A stretch of 64,000 nt of DNA, from assembly GCA_965223855.1 (NCBI GenBank), contig CBDCXM010000009.1, forward strand, positions 1,088,001 to 1,152,000, given 5' to 3'. Source of the DNA: Candidatus Multivoradales bacterium. GTDB taxonomy: Bacteria; Acidobacteriota; Thermoanaerobaculia; Multivoradales; JAHEKO01. Below are positions 35,029 to 43,383 of this stretch, piece by piece; positions within the stretch are counted from its first letter, which is position 1; each line of letters starts with the position of its first letter. A program made the translations under genes and the position numbers. Below the pieces are notes generated by a model. The model saw nothing but the letters and a program-made list of their open reading frames with translations, had not been told where the DNA came from and ran no database searches.

Positions 35029-35733
35029 ATGTGGAAACAGATTGCAACAGGCCTGATGGCCGTTGGCTTGCTGGCGGCCGCCGTACCGGCCGAGGCGCAG
35101 GGGAGCTACCGTCGCTACGGTGGCGAGAGCGAGCTGAGGTTCCGCCTCGGCAACTTCGAGCCTGATGCCGAGTCGGTGTACTGGGACGACACCTTCTTCG
35201 ACTTCACCGGATCGCCGGAGAGCTTCGAAGACGTGATCGTCGGCGTCGACTACGTTCATCGGCTGGGCAATCGGGTGAGCCTGATCGCCTCGGGGTCGGT
35301 CTACGAATCGGAAGCGCGTCAGGCGTACCGTGACTTCGTCGACGGCGACGGTCGCGACATCCGTCACGACACGTTCCTCGAGATCGGCAGCGGGACGGTC
35401 GGGTTGCTGCTGAACTTCGCCGGTCGCGACGCGACGATACAGCCCTACATCGGGGGTGGCGGCGGGTTCTACGCGTGGACGCTCGAGGAGAGCGGTGACT
35501 TCATCGACTTCACCGACGACACGATCTTCAGCGACACCTTCCTCGCCGAAGGCACGGCCTTCGGCACCTTCTTCGTCGCCGGCATCAGCATCCCGATCGG
35601 CGACACGGCCTCCGTCTTCGCCGAGGGTCGGTGGGACTCGGCGGATGACGAGCTGGGGGACGACTTCGACGGTCTGGGAACGATCGACCTTTCCGGTCGG
35701 CAGCTCTCCGCCGGCTTCTCCTGGCGGTTCTGA
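35029..35733 (+). CDS. Outer-membrane beta-barrel protein (OmpW/OmpA-membrane-like)
   Basis: RBS GGGAGG, signal peptide ending AEA, PYIGGGGG, C-terminal AGFSWRF. Confidence 0.85.
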   Translation: MWKQIATGLMAVGLLAAAVPAEAQGSYRRYGGESELRFRLGNFEPDAESVYWDDTFFDFTGSPESFEDVIVGVDYVHRLGNRVSLIASGSVYESEARQAYRDFVDGDGRDIRHDTFLEIGSGTVGLLLNFAGRDATIQPYIGGGGGFYAWTLEESGDFIDFTDDTIFSDTFLAEGTAFGTFFVAGISIPIGDTASVFAEGRWDSADDELGDDFDGLGTIDLSGRQLSAGFSWRF

Positions 35734-35757
35734 GCATCCGTGACTCCGGAGGCTCGG

Positions 35758-35785
35758 CGGGGCGGTCCCGAGAGGGGCCGCCCCG
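35758..35785. terminator. Hairpin between convergent genes, probable terminator
   Basis: CGGGGCGGTCCC-GAGA-GGGGCCGCCCCG. Confidence 0.6.
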
Positions 35786-35794
35786 TTGTCGTCT

Positions 35795-36592
35795 TCATGG
35801 AGCGTCGGCCGGCGCCGTCAGCGTTCCTTCGAGGACCGTGACGGCCCGGCCTTCCAGCAGCACCCGGTCGCCGAGGTCTTCGACGACGAGACGTCCGCCG
35901 CGGGCGGAGGCCTGGTAGGCGCGCAATCGGCTCCGTCCGAGCCGCCGGGACCAGAACGGCGCGAGCTGGCAGTGGGCGGAGCCGGTGACGGGATCCTCGT
36001 CGATCCCGAGCCGGGGCGCGAAGAAGCGCGAGACGAAGTCGTCGTCGCCGTCGGCCGGTGCCGTGACGAGGATGCCTCTCGCATCGATCTCGGCCAGCGC
36101 CTTGAAGTCGGGCGCCAGACCGAGGACCCCTGCGGCGCTCGGAAGCTCGACCAGGAGGTCCCAGCGACCGCGCCAGGTGCCTACCGGCTCGGCTCCCAGG
36201 GCTGCGCCGAGCCCGTCCGGCTCTTCGACCGACGCACTCTCTACGGCGGGGAAGTCGAGGACGATGCGGGGCTCGTTGCGGCGAGCGGTGAGGCGACCGC
36301 TCGCGGTGTCGAAGTCGAGAGTGTCGCCGTCGGCGAGCCCCGTGGTCCAGAGAATGTGGGCCGAGGCGAGCGTCGCATGGCCGCACAGCTCCACTTCCGC
36401 GACCGGCGTGAACCAGCGCAGCCTCCAACCCGTTTCCTGTCGCCACAGGAAGGCGGTCTCCGAGAGGTTCATCTCGCTCGCCACGGCCTGCATCCAGGCC
36501 GCGTCCGGAGCGCTCGGCAGCGGGCAGACGGCGGCAGGGTTGCCGGCAAACGGTCGATCGGTGAAGGCGTCGACCTGGTAGAGGTGGGTCAA
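35795..36592 (-). CDS. PhzF-family isomerase
   Basis: QVDAFT..PF.GNPAAV, NLSETAF, EVELCGHATLA, EDPVTGSAH. Confidence 0.93.
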   Translation of the reverse strand: MTHLYQVDAFTDRPFAGNPAAVCPLPSAPDAAWMQAVASEMNLSETAFLWRQETGWRLRWFTPVAEVELCGHATLASAHILWTTGLADGDTLDFDTASGRLTARRNEPRIVLDFPAVESASVEEPDGLGAALGAEPVGTWRGRWDLLVELPSAAGVLGLAPDFKALAEIDARGILVTAPADGDDDFVSRFFAPRLGIDEDPVTGSAHCQLAPFWSRRLGRSRLRAYQASARGGRLVVEDLGDRVLLEGRAVTVLEGTLTAPADAP

Positions 36593-37044
36593 TCGTCGCT
36601 TCGCCGCAGGCCGCCGAGACAGGCGCCGGCGGCGCCGACCAGAGGAATCACCCAGTTGTACCAGGAGGGGTTGCGGGCGACCTGACCCGCCTCGGCGAAG
36701 GTGAGGTCGGCGACCGGCTTCTCGGCGGCTACGTTGGCGACTCGCTTCTCGTAGGCACTCTCCGCGGTGAGGGCTGCGAAGGTGCCGAGCACCAGGATGA
36801 GGCCGATGAGAATCTTCGGCGCCAGCGGCCCCCGTCCGACCTTGAGCGCCACCTTGCCGCCGACGAAGGCGGCCAGGAGACCGAAGACGAGAGCGGAGCC
36901 GATCCAGGCGGTGGAGGGGTAGGGGCCCTCGCCGGAGAACGACCCTGCGGCTCCGAGTACCTGCCAGGTGAGGAAGAGGCCGGCAATGACGACGACGACG
37001 ATCGCGACATAGCCGAGAACGGCTCCGAGAATGCTGCGCAGCAT
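36589..37044 (-). CDS. Hypothetical membrane protein
   Basis: Four hydrophobic segments; RBS TAAGGAG; stop overlaps the PhzF start. Confidence 0.75.
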   Translation of the reverse strand: MLRSILGAVLGYVAIVVVVIAGLFLTWQVLGAAGSFSGEGPYPSTAWIGSALVFGLLAAFVGGKVALKVGRGPLAPKILIGLILVLGTFAALTAESAYEKRVANVAAEKPVADLTFAEAGQVARNPSWYNWVIPLVGAAGACLGGLRRSDD

Positions 37045-37082
37045 GGCGGTCTCCTTAGGGGGGATCTGGTGGCGGGAAGAGT

Positions 37083-37334
37083 CTATCCCTCGTGGTCGCC
37101 GGTCTCGACTCCGAGAGGGCGGACCCCGTAGATGCACACGCCTCCCTCGCCGCGCTGGTAGAGCACCGCGAGCCGCTCGATCGTCCTGCGGCAGCGGCCT
37201 CCGGCGGCGAGACGTTCGCCCGGCTGCTCGCTGCCGAGCTCGCTCAGCGCCAGGACGACCGCACGCCGTCGCTCGAGCGGTTCGATCGCCCGCAGCTCCG
37301 CCAGCGCGGAGGGGCGGATGAGCAACCGCGTCAT
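37083..37334 (-). CDS. Divergent RelE/ParE-like toxin
   Basis: N-terminal LLIRPSALAELRAI pattern, 83 aa, coupled to the upstream RHH gene. Confidence 0.55.
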   Translation of the reverse strand: MTRLLIRPSALAELRAIEPLERRRAVVLALSELGSEQPGERLAAGGRCRRTIERLAVLYQRGEGGVCIYGVRPLGVETGDHEG

Positions 37335-37555
37335 CAGATTTCGCCGGATCGACGCAGGTTCCGCAGCACCAGCTCGAACGAGTAGGCGCTCTCGCTACTC
37401 CTCGAGGCGAAGGTCTCGAGGTCCGCGAGGTCGTCTCCCAGAGAGGCGCGGACCGATTCGTTGACGAGATCGGAGACGCTGCGGTCGGTCTCGGCGGCGC
37501 GCAGCTTGAGGGCCTGGTGGAGGCCCGGCTCGAGGTAGACGGTGACTCGCTTCAT
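37334..37555 (-). CDS. CopG/RHH antitoxin-like regulator
   Basis: MKRVTVYLEPGLHQALKLRAAETDRSVSDLVNESVR with acidic tail. Confidence 0.85.
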   Translation of the reverse strand: MKRVTVYLEPGLHQALKLRAAETDRSVSDLVNESVRASLGDDLADLETFASRSSESAYSFELVLRNLRRSGEI

Positions 37556-37586
37556 TGAACGTTAAAACGCTATCACGCTAAAACGT
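37555..37586 (-). promoter_or_regulatory. Four tandem 8-bp repeats over the promoter of the RHH gene
   Basis: Plus strand TTGAACGT TAAAACGC TATCACGC TAAAACGT; minus strand contains TGaTAGCGT. Confidence 0.7.
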
Positions 37587-37684
37587 CCATAGTTGCAAAC
37601 GTGGCGCCCCGCTGCGGCGACCGATGCGGCCGGGGGGTATGATGCGGGAACGGACACAGCAGCTTCGCAGGGAAGGGGAGAGCG

Positions 37685-39580
37685 ATGAGGTGGACAGCGA
37701 CTCGAATCGGCCTCGCGGCGGTCCTGGCTCTCGCCGGGGTCGGCCCGGCACAGGCGCGGGAACTTCACTGGCGCGAGCTCGCGGTGACGGCGAAGCTCGA
37801 CGCCGAGGGCCGGTTGCACGTGCGCGAAGTGCACGCGATGGTGTTCGACGGCTCGTGGAACGGCGGCGAGCGGATCTTCCGCCTCGGCAGCGGACAGCGG
37901 ATCGAGCTCCATTCGATCGAGAAGCTCGGCGAAGACGGGGTCTTCGAACCCCTTCGACAGGGAGACCTCAGCCGGGTCGATCAGTGGGACTGGCACGAAG
38001 GGTCGGCCGTGCGCTGGCGCAGCCGTGCGGCCGACGACCCCTGGTTCGAGAACGAGGAGCTGACCTACGCCATCGACTACACGTTGAGCCGGATCCTCAT
38101 CCCGACCGAAGACGGGTACCTGCTCGACCACGACTTCGCGTTTCCCGATCGCGACGGCGTGATCGAGCTCTACTCGCTCGATTTCGAGGTCGACCCGGTC
38201 TGGATCGTCTCGCCTCCAGCCGGCCGCTTCGAAGCCGAGCAGATGTGGCCCGGAAGGGGCTTCGTGCGGACCTTCTCGCTCGAGCACGCCGACAGGCGGC
38301 AGCTCGAGGGTGTGCTCTACCCGATCGACGAGCGCTGGTGGTGGGGGGTGCTCGCCGCCACCCTGGCGGCGATCGCTCTGCTCTTCGGCCGATTCGTGCG
38401 GCGCGAGTCGAACCTGGGGAGCTTCCGGGAGGCGGAGGCGCCCGGATCGTGGGACTGGACGTGGCTCCAGGAGAACCTGCTCTCGTGGTTGCCCGAGCAG
38501 GCCGGCGCGCTGTGGGACGAGTCGATCGGGGCGCCGGAAGTCGCCGCACTGATCGCCCGCTGGACGAGCGAGGGGAAAGTGACGAGCAGCGTGGAAAGAG
38601 AGGGGCGCTGGTATCGCCGGGCGGTCATGAAGCTCACCCGCAACATCCGGCAGGGCGCGTTCGACGGCTACGAACAACGGCTGGCGAGCGGGCTCTTCTA
38701 CTCCGGCCGGCGGTCGGTGACGACGGAGCAGCTGCGCAAGCACTACCGCTCGAAGGGGTTCGTGCCGGCGAGCCGCATCCGCTCCGGAATCGAGTCCGCC
38801 ATCAAGGGTCGGCTGGACGAGGACCATCCGCCCGAGAAGCCGAAGCCGTGGTTCACGGTGGCGTGCTTCGTCGGCGGGATCCTGGTTCTCGTTCCCGAGT
38901 TCGGGCGCTTCCCGCAGGAGACCCTCGGCTGGGGCGTGCTGACGCTGGTGAGCTGGCTGGCGCTCTATCTGATCGGGCTCATCGCCGCCAATCGTTGGCG
39001 CAAGGCGGTCTCGGGCCTGAAGTCGAGACTGGTGTGGGTGATCGCTCCCGTCCTGCTGCTGGCGGCTCTCTACTCCTGGTACCTCGGCTGGTTCGCTCTC
39101 GGGCCGCGGATCTTCGGGATCTGCGCTCTCGGCCTGTTCCTGCTGGGAACGGCGTCGAGTCTCTTCAATCAGGCGGCCACCCGCTCCTCCAGGCAGCGGG
39201 TCGAGGCGCGCCAGCGACTCGGCATCGCACGCGACTGGCTGCGACGGGAACTCAGGAGCGCCCGGCCGCGGCTGACCGACGATCTTCTTCCTCACCTGCT
39301 CGCCCTCGAACTGTCGGACGAGGTCGATCGCTGGTCGAAGTCCTACGGGGAATCGGTGCCGACGACGAGCTTCGGCGGAGGGACGTCGACGGTCGGCTCC
39401 GGGGGCGGCTCGTGGACCGGAGGCGGAGGTGCCTTCGGAGGGGCGGGCGCCACCGGAGCCTGGACGGCCGCCGCCGCCGGGCTGGCCGGAGGGGTCGCGG
39501 CCGCCAGCTCCTCGAGCGGCGGCAGCAGTGGCGGTGGGGGAGGTGGATCGAGCGGCGGCGGCGGTGGCGGCGGCTGGTAG
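37685..39580 (+). CDS. DUF2207-like membrane protein with Gly-rich tail
   Basis: Signal peptide, V.A.LD..G.L.V.E start, several TM helices, LLPHLLAL.L, GGGGSSGGGGGGGW end. Confidence 0.82.
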   Translation: MRWTATRIGLAAVLALAGVGPAQARELHWRELAVTAKLDAEGRLHVREVHAMVFDGSWNGGERIFRLGSGQRIELHSIEKLGEDGVFEPLRQGDLSRVDQWDWHEGSAVRWRSRAADDPWFENEELTYAIDYTLSRILIPTEDGYLLDHDFAFPDRDGVIELYSLDFEVDPVWIVSPPAGRFEAEQMWPGRGFVRTFSLEHADRRQLEGVLYPIDERWWWGVLAATLAAIALLFGRFVRRESNLGSFREAEAPGSWDWTWLQENLLSWLPEQAGALWDESIGAPEVAALIARWTSEGKVTSSVEREGRWYRRAVMKLTRNIRQGAFDGYEQRLASGLFYSGRRSVTTEQLRKHYRSKGFVPASRIRSGIESAIKGRLDEDHPPEKPKPWFTVACFVGGILVLVPEFGRFPQETLGWGVLTLVSWLALYLIGLIAANRWRKAVSGLKSRLVWVIAPVLLLAALYSWYLGWFALGPRIFGICALGLFLLGTASSLFNQAATRSSRQRVEARQRLGIARDWLRRELRSARPRLTDDLLPHLLALELSDEVDRWSKSYGESVPTTSFGGGTSTVGSGGGSWTGGGGAFGGAGATGAWTAAAAGLAGGVAAASSSSGGSSGGGGGGSSGGGGGGGW

Positions 39581-39621
39581 CCGCCGTCAGCCGCCTCGAG
39601 CCGGCGCGCGCAGCCCGGCTG

Positions 39622-41661
39622 CTACCAGACCTCGCAGCGCTCGCGCGGCGCCATCGGCGTTCCCGGCTCGCAGGAGAACGCCTCGGCGAAAGCGGGATTG
39701 AGGGTCAGCGGGCCGTTGACGCGGAACTTCGAGGGCGAGTGCGGATCGGTCGTCACCTGCATCCGCTCGTACTCTTCGCTCGCCTTGGTGCACCACACCT
39801 GACCCCAGGAGACGAAGAAGAGCTGGTCGTCGGTCAGCCCATCGACGAAGGGTTCTCCACCCCCCTGTCTTTCGCGGGCGTTCACGAACGCGACGTAGGC
39901 CTCCTTGACGCCGCCGATATCGCCGATGTTCTCGCCGAGGGTCAACTGCCCGTCGACCGGCGCGCCTTCGGCGACCGAGTAGTCCGAGTAGAAGTCGGCG
40001 ACACACTGCGCCCGTTCCTCGAAGCGTTCGGCGACCTCCGGCTCCCACCACTCCTTGAGCCGGCCGTCGGGCGCGAACTTGCGGCCCTGATCGTCGAATC
40101 CGTGCGTCAGCTCGTGGCCGATGACGCCACCCATGCCGCCGTAGTTCAGCGCCGCCGGGAAATCCTTGTGGAAGAACGGCGGCTGCAGGATGCCTGCGGG
40201 GAAGGCGATCTCGTTCCATAGCGGGTTGTAGTACGCGTTGACCATCTGCGGGGTCATCGCCCACTCCTTGCGGTTGACCGGCTTCTCGATCTTGGCGGCG
40301 TCGAAGTCGAACTCGAACTCGGCCGAGGCGAGGGCGTTGGCGAAGTAGTCGCCCTCGACGACCTCGAGGCCCGAATAGTCGCGCCACTCGTCCGGGTAGC
40401 CGATCTTCTTACCGAGGGCGGCGACCTTCTCCATCGCCCGCTCGCGGGTGACGTCGTCCATCCATTCGAGCGTCGGCAGACCGGACTCGAAAGCGGTGAA
40501 GATGTCGCCGATCATCTCGAGCGCGGTGTCGCGTGAGGAACCGGCGAATTTCTCGGCGACGTAGAGGCGGCCGATCACTTCACCGAGGGCGTCCTCCGTC
40601 GCCTGCACGCAGCGCTTCCACCTCGGCTGGAGCTCCGCCTGGCCGCGCAGCTTGTTGCCGTAGAAGGCGAAATTGGCGTCGACGAACGCCTTCGGAAGCT
40701 GGTCGGCGAAGCGATCGACGACGTGCCAGCGCAGGTAGTTCTCGAGCACGCCGATCTCGGTGTCGCCCACCATCGCCTCCATCGCCTCGAAGAACTCCGG
40801 CGTGGCGACGTTGATCTGTGTGATGTCGGGATAGCCCATGCCGGCCAGATAGGACTTCCAGTCGAGGCTAGGCGTCAGCTCGAGGAGGCCGTCCAGGTCG
40901 ATCTTGTTGTAGAGCTTCTCGGGGATCCGCATCTCGGCTCGCGTGCGCGAGGCCTTCGCCAGTCGCGTCTCGACCGTGAGGACGTCGGCGGCACTCGCCG
41001 CGGCCTCCTCCTCGCTCTGGCCGAGGAGAGAAAACATCGTCGCCACATGCGCCTCATAGTCGGCCAGGAGCTGCTTCTTCTTTTCGTCGTCGCTCACGTA
41101 GTAGTCGCGGTCGGGCATGCCGAGGCCGCCCTGGGCGATGAAGAAGATGTTGTGGTCGGGATTCTGGAAGTCGGGCAGCGCCCCTCCGCCCATATAGGCG
41201 TTGACTCCGGCACGATGCAGCCGGCCGACGAGCGCCGCCCCGTCGCTCACCGTCTCGACCGCGCCGATCTGCTCGAAGAACGGATGGAGCGGTGCCGTGC
41301 CGCGTTCTTCGATCGCCGCCTCGTCCATGCAGGCGCCGTAGAAGGCGCCGACCTTGCGGCGGTCTTCGTCCTCGCCGGGATCGGCGGCCGCCTCCTCGAG
41401 GAGCGCGCGAACGAACTCCCGGTTGGCGTCCCGGATCACCGAGAAGCTGCGCGACCAGCGCGGCTCGTCGCTCGGCAGCGGAGTGGCGTCGAGCCAGCCG
41501 CCGCAGGAGTAGCGGTAGAAGTCCTGACACGGGTCGGCGTCGCGGTCCATCGCTCCCAGCACAGAGGCGCGGATCTCCTCCGGCGAGAGGTCCTGGGCAG
41601 CGGCTGGGGCGCCGGTCGCGAGAGCGAGCGCCAGCAGGGCGAATGGGGTCGTTCGGGTCAT
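39622..41661 (-). CDS. M13 family zinc metallopeptidase (PepO/neprilysin-like)
   Basis: DPCQDFYRYSCGGW, VNAYY, GHELTHGFDDQG, GENIGD, DPHSP..FRVNG. Confidence 0.96.
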   Translation of the reverse strand: MTRTTPFALLALALATGAPAAAQDLSPEEIRASVLGAMDRDADPCQDFYRYSCGGWLDATPLPSDEPRWSRSFSVIRDANREFVRALLEEAAADPGEDEDRRKVGAFYGACMDEAAIEERGTAPLHPFFEQIGAVETVSDGAALVGRLHRAGVNAYMGGGALPDFQNPDHNIFFIAQGGLGMPDRDYYVSDDEKKKQLLADYEAHVATMFSLLGQSEEEAAASAADVLTVETRLAKASRTRAEMRIPEKLYNKIDLDGLLELTPSLDWKSYLAGMGYPDITQINVATPEFFEAMEAMVGDTEIGVLENYLRWHVVDRFADQLPKAFVDANFAFYGNKLRGQAELQPRWKRCVQATEDALGEVIGRLYVAEKFAGSSRDTALEMIGDIFTAFESGLPTLEWMDDVTRERAMEKVAALGKKIGYPDEWRDYSGLEVVEGDYFANALASAEFEFDFDAAKIEKPVNRKEWAMTPQMVNAYYNPLWNEIAFPAGILQPPFFHKDFPAALNYGGMGGVIGHELTHGFDDQGRKFAPDGRLKEWWEPEVAERFEERAQCVADFYSDYSVAEGAPVDGQLTLGENIGDIGGVKEAYVAFVNARERQGGGEPFVDGLTDDQLFFVSWGQVWCTKASEEYERMQVTTDPHSPSKFRVNGPLTLNPAFAEAFSCEPGTPMAPRERCEVW

Positions 41662-41717
41662 GAGAGGTCTCCCGGTCGATCGCCTTTCGGCCGCGCGGGC
41701 CGATCAGGCTGTCGAGG

Positions 41718-42632
41718 TCATTCGAAGGTGTCGCAGGTGTCGCTGTCGCCGGTCTCGAGCCCGCGACGCAGCCAGGCGACACGCTGCTCCGACGAACCGT
41801 GCGTCCACGACTCCGGCCGCACGTAGCCGGTGGTGTTGCGCTGGATCGAGTCGTCGCCGATCGCCGAGGCGGCGCGCAGCCCCTCTTCGACGTCTCCCGG
41901 CTCGAGCAGCTGCCGGTCGCGATGCGCGTGGTGGGCCCAGACGCCGGCGAGGCAGTCGGCCTGGAGCTCCATCTTGACCGACAGCTGGTTGCCCTGCGAG
42001 CGCGACATCCGAGAGCGTGCGCGTTGCACCTGCTCGCTGATGCCGAGCAGGTTCTGGACGTGATGGCCGACTTCGTGGGCGATCACGTAGGCCTGAGCGA
42101 AGTCTCCCGGTGCGCCGAAGCGGCGCTCGAGCTGGTTGAAGAACGACAGGTCGATGTAGATCTTGCGGTCGGCCGGGCAGTAGAACGGCCCGGTGGCGGC
42201 GGAGGTGAAGCCGCAGGCGGAGCGAACGGCATTCGAGAACAGCACCAGAGTCGGCTCCTCGTAGCGGTAGCCGGCCTTGGCGAACTCCCGGCCCCAGGTG
42301 GTCTCGGTGTCGGCGAGGACGACTCCGGCGAACTGCCCGAGCTCGTCGCTCAGGCCGCCCCGTGGCGCTCCCGAATCGGTGCGGGGAGCGGGGGTCGGCT
42401 GGGGAGACGGAGCGCGCTCGGTCGAGACCTGGGTCTGCTGGAGCACGTCGAACAACTGCTGCGGATCGGCCCCGAAGAGGAGCAGCAGGATGCCGATCAG
42501 GAGCAGTCCGCCGCAGCCGCATCCCATCGGCTTGCCGCCGCGCATCATCGGCCCCACGCCGCCGCCGAAACCTCCACCGCGTCCTCGCCGGTCCTCGACG
42601 TTGGTGCTGACCTTGCGTCCTCTCCAGCGCAT
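41718..42632 (-). CDS. Neutral zinc metallopeptidase (YpfJ family)
   Basis: STNVEDRRG, GPFYCPAD, AHEVGHHVQ, ELQADCLAG, THGSSEQR. Confidence 0.94.
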   Translation of the reverse strand: MRWRGRKVSTNVEDRRGRGGGFGGGVGPMMRGGKPMGCGCGGLLLIGILLLLFGADPQQLFDVLQQTQVSTERAPSPQPTPAPRTDSGAPRGGLSDELGQFAGVVLADTETTWGREFAKAGYRYEEPTLVLFSNAVRSACGFTSAATGPFYCPADRKIYIDLSFFNQLERRFGAPGDFAQAYVIAHEVGHHVQNLLGISEQVQRARSRMSRSQGNQLSVKMELQADCLAGVWAHHAHRDRQLLEPGDVEEGLRAASAIGDDSIQRNTTGYVRPESWTHGSSEQRVAWLRRGLETGDSDTCDTFE

Positions 42633-42779
42633 CCCGAATCCTCCAGAGAAAGAGCGACGAGTCTATCGCGCCGTCTGTCGACCGCCCCTGTTGTCCGCCA
42701 CCGGGGGCACCGGAGACGCCAATCGAGGGCGTGTGAGGTTCAACGCGCTGGAGCGGCGCGTTGCGAGCATTGGATCGCG

Positions 42780-43220
42780 TCAGTGGGGGGAGCGATCGGC
42801 CCAGAGAACTCCCAGCAACGAGCCGACGGCGAAAGCGGCCGCGATCCACCCTAGCGGCCGGGGCTCGCCGAGCGAGGCCTGCGGATCGTAGGGGAGGTCC
42901 TCGACCACCGACGGCATGATCCATTGATAGCCGATTCGTGGATGGGTTTCGATGAAGCGGGGAGCCGAGGCGTCGTCTCCCAGCACCCTTCTGAGCTCAC
43001 GGATCGCCATGGTGATCCCGCGATCGAACTCGACGTGGACGTCCTCCGGCCAGAGGGTTTCGCGAATGTCGTCGCGGGTCAGCACCAGCCCGGGATGACG
43101 GACGAACAGCTCCAGCAGACGGTAGGACTGGGGCATGCAGGGCACGACCTCGCCGTCGTGCTCGAGGGAGTAGGGAGCGGTCTGGAAGCGAAAGCCGTCG
43201 AATTCGTAAAGGGCGCGCAT
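42780..43220 (-). CDS. CadC/ToxR-like winged-helix regulator with C-terminal TM helix
   Basis: LLELFVRHPG.VLTRDDI...LWP, IRELRRVLGDDASAPRFIETHPRIGY, then WIAAAFAVGSLLGVLW. Confidence 0.85.
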   Translation of the reverse strand: MRALYEFDGFRFQTAPYSLEHDGEVVPCMPQSYRLLELFVRHPGLVLTRDDIRETLWPEDVHVEFDRGITMAIRELRRVLGDDASAPRFIETHPRIGYQWIMPSVVEDLPYDPQASLGEPRPLGWIAAAFAVGSLLGVLWADRSPH

Positions 43221-43288
43221 GAGTCTCCTTCCGATCCCTCCTCCCAACCCTGGTCGCAAGTTTCGTGCCTGAGCAGGGTCGACCCCCG

Positions 43289-43328
43289 GAAAGAAGAAGC
43301 GGCCGCCGGGGGAAGCCCCGACGGCCGT
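43289..43328 (-). terminator. Terminator after the TonB-dependent receptor
   Basis: Minus strand CGGCCGTCGGGG-CTT-CCCCCGGCGGCCG followed by CTTCTTCTTT. Confidence 0.7.
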
Positions 43329-43383
43329 TCACAAACTGACGCTGGAGGATGTGGGATTTGTAAGCGTCAGCTGTTGGTGAGGG

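Noticed and set aside
39360-39580. GGC-rich low-complexity tract
   Set aside because: It encodes the normal Gly/Ser tail of DUF2207-like proteins.
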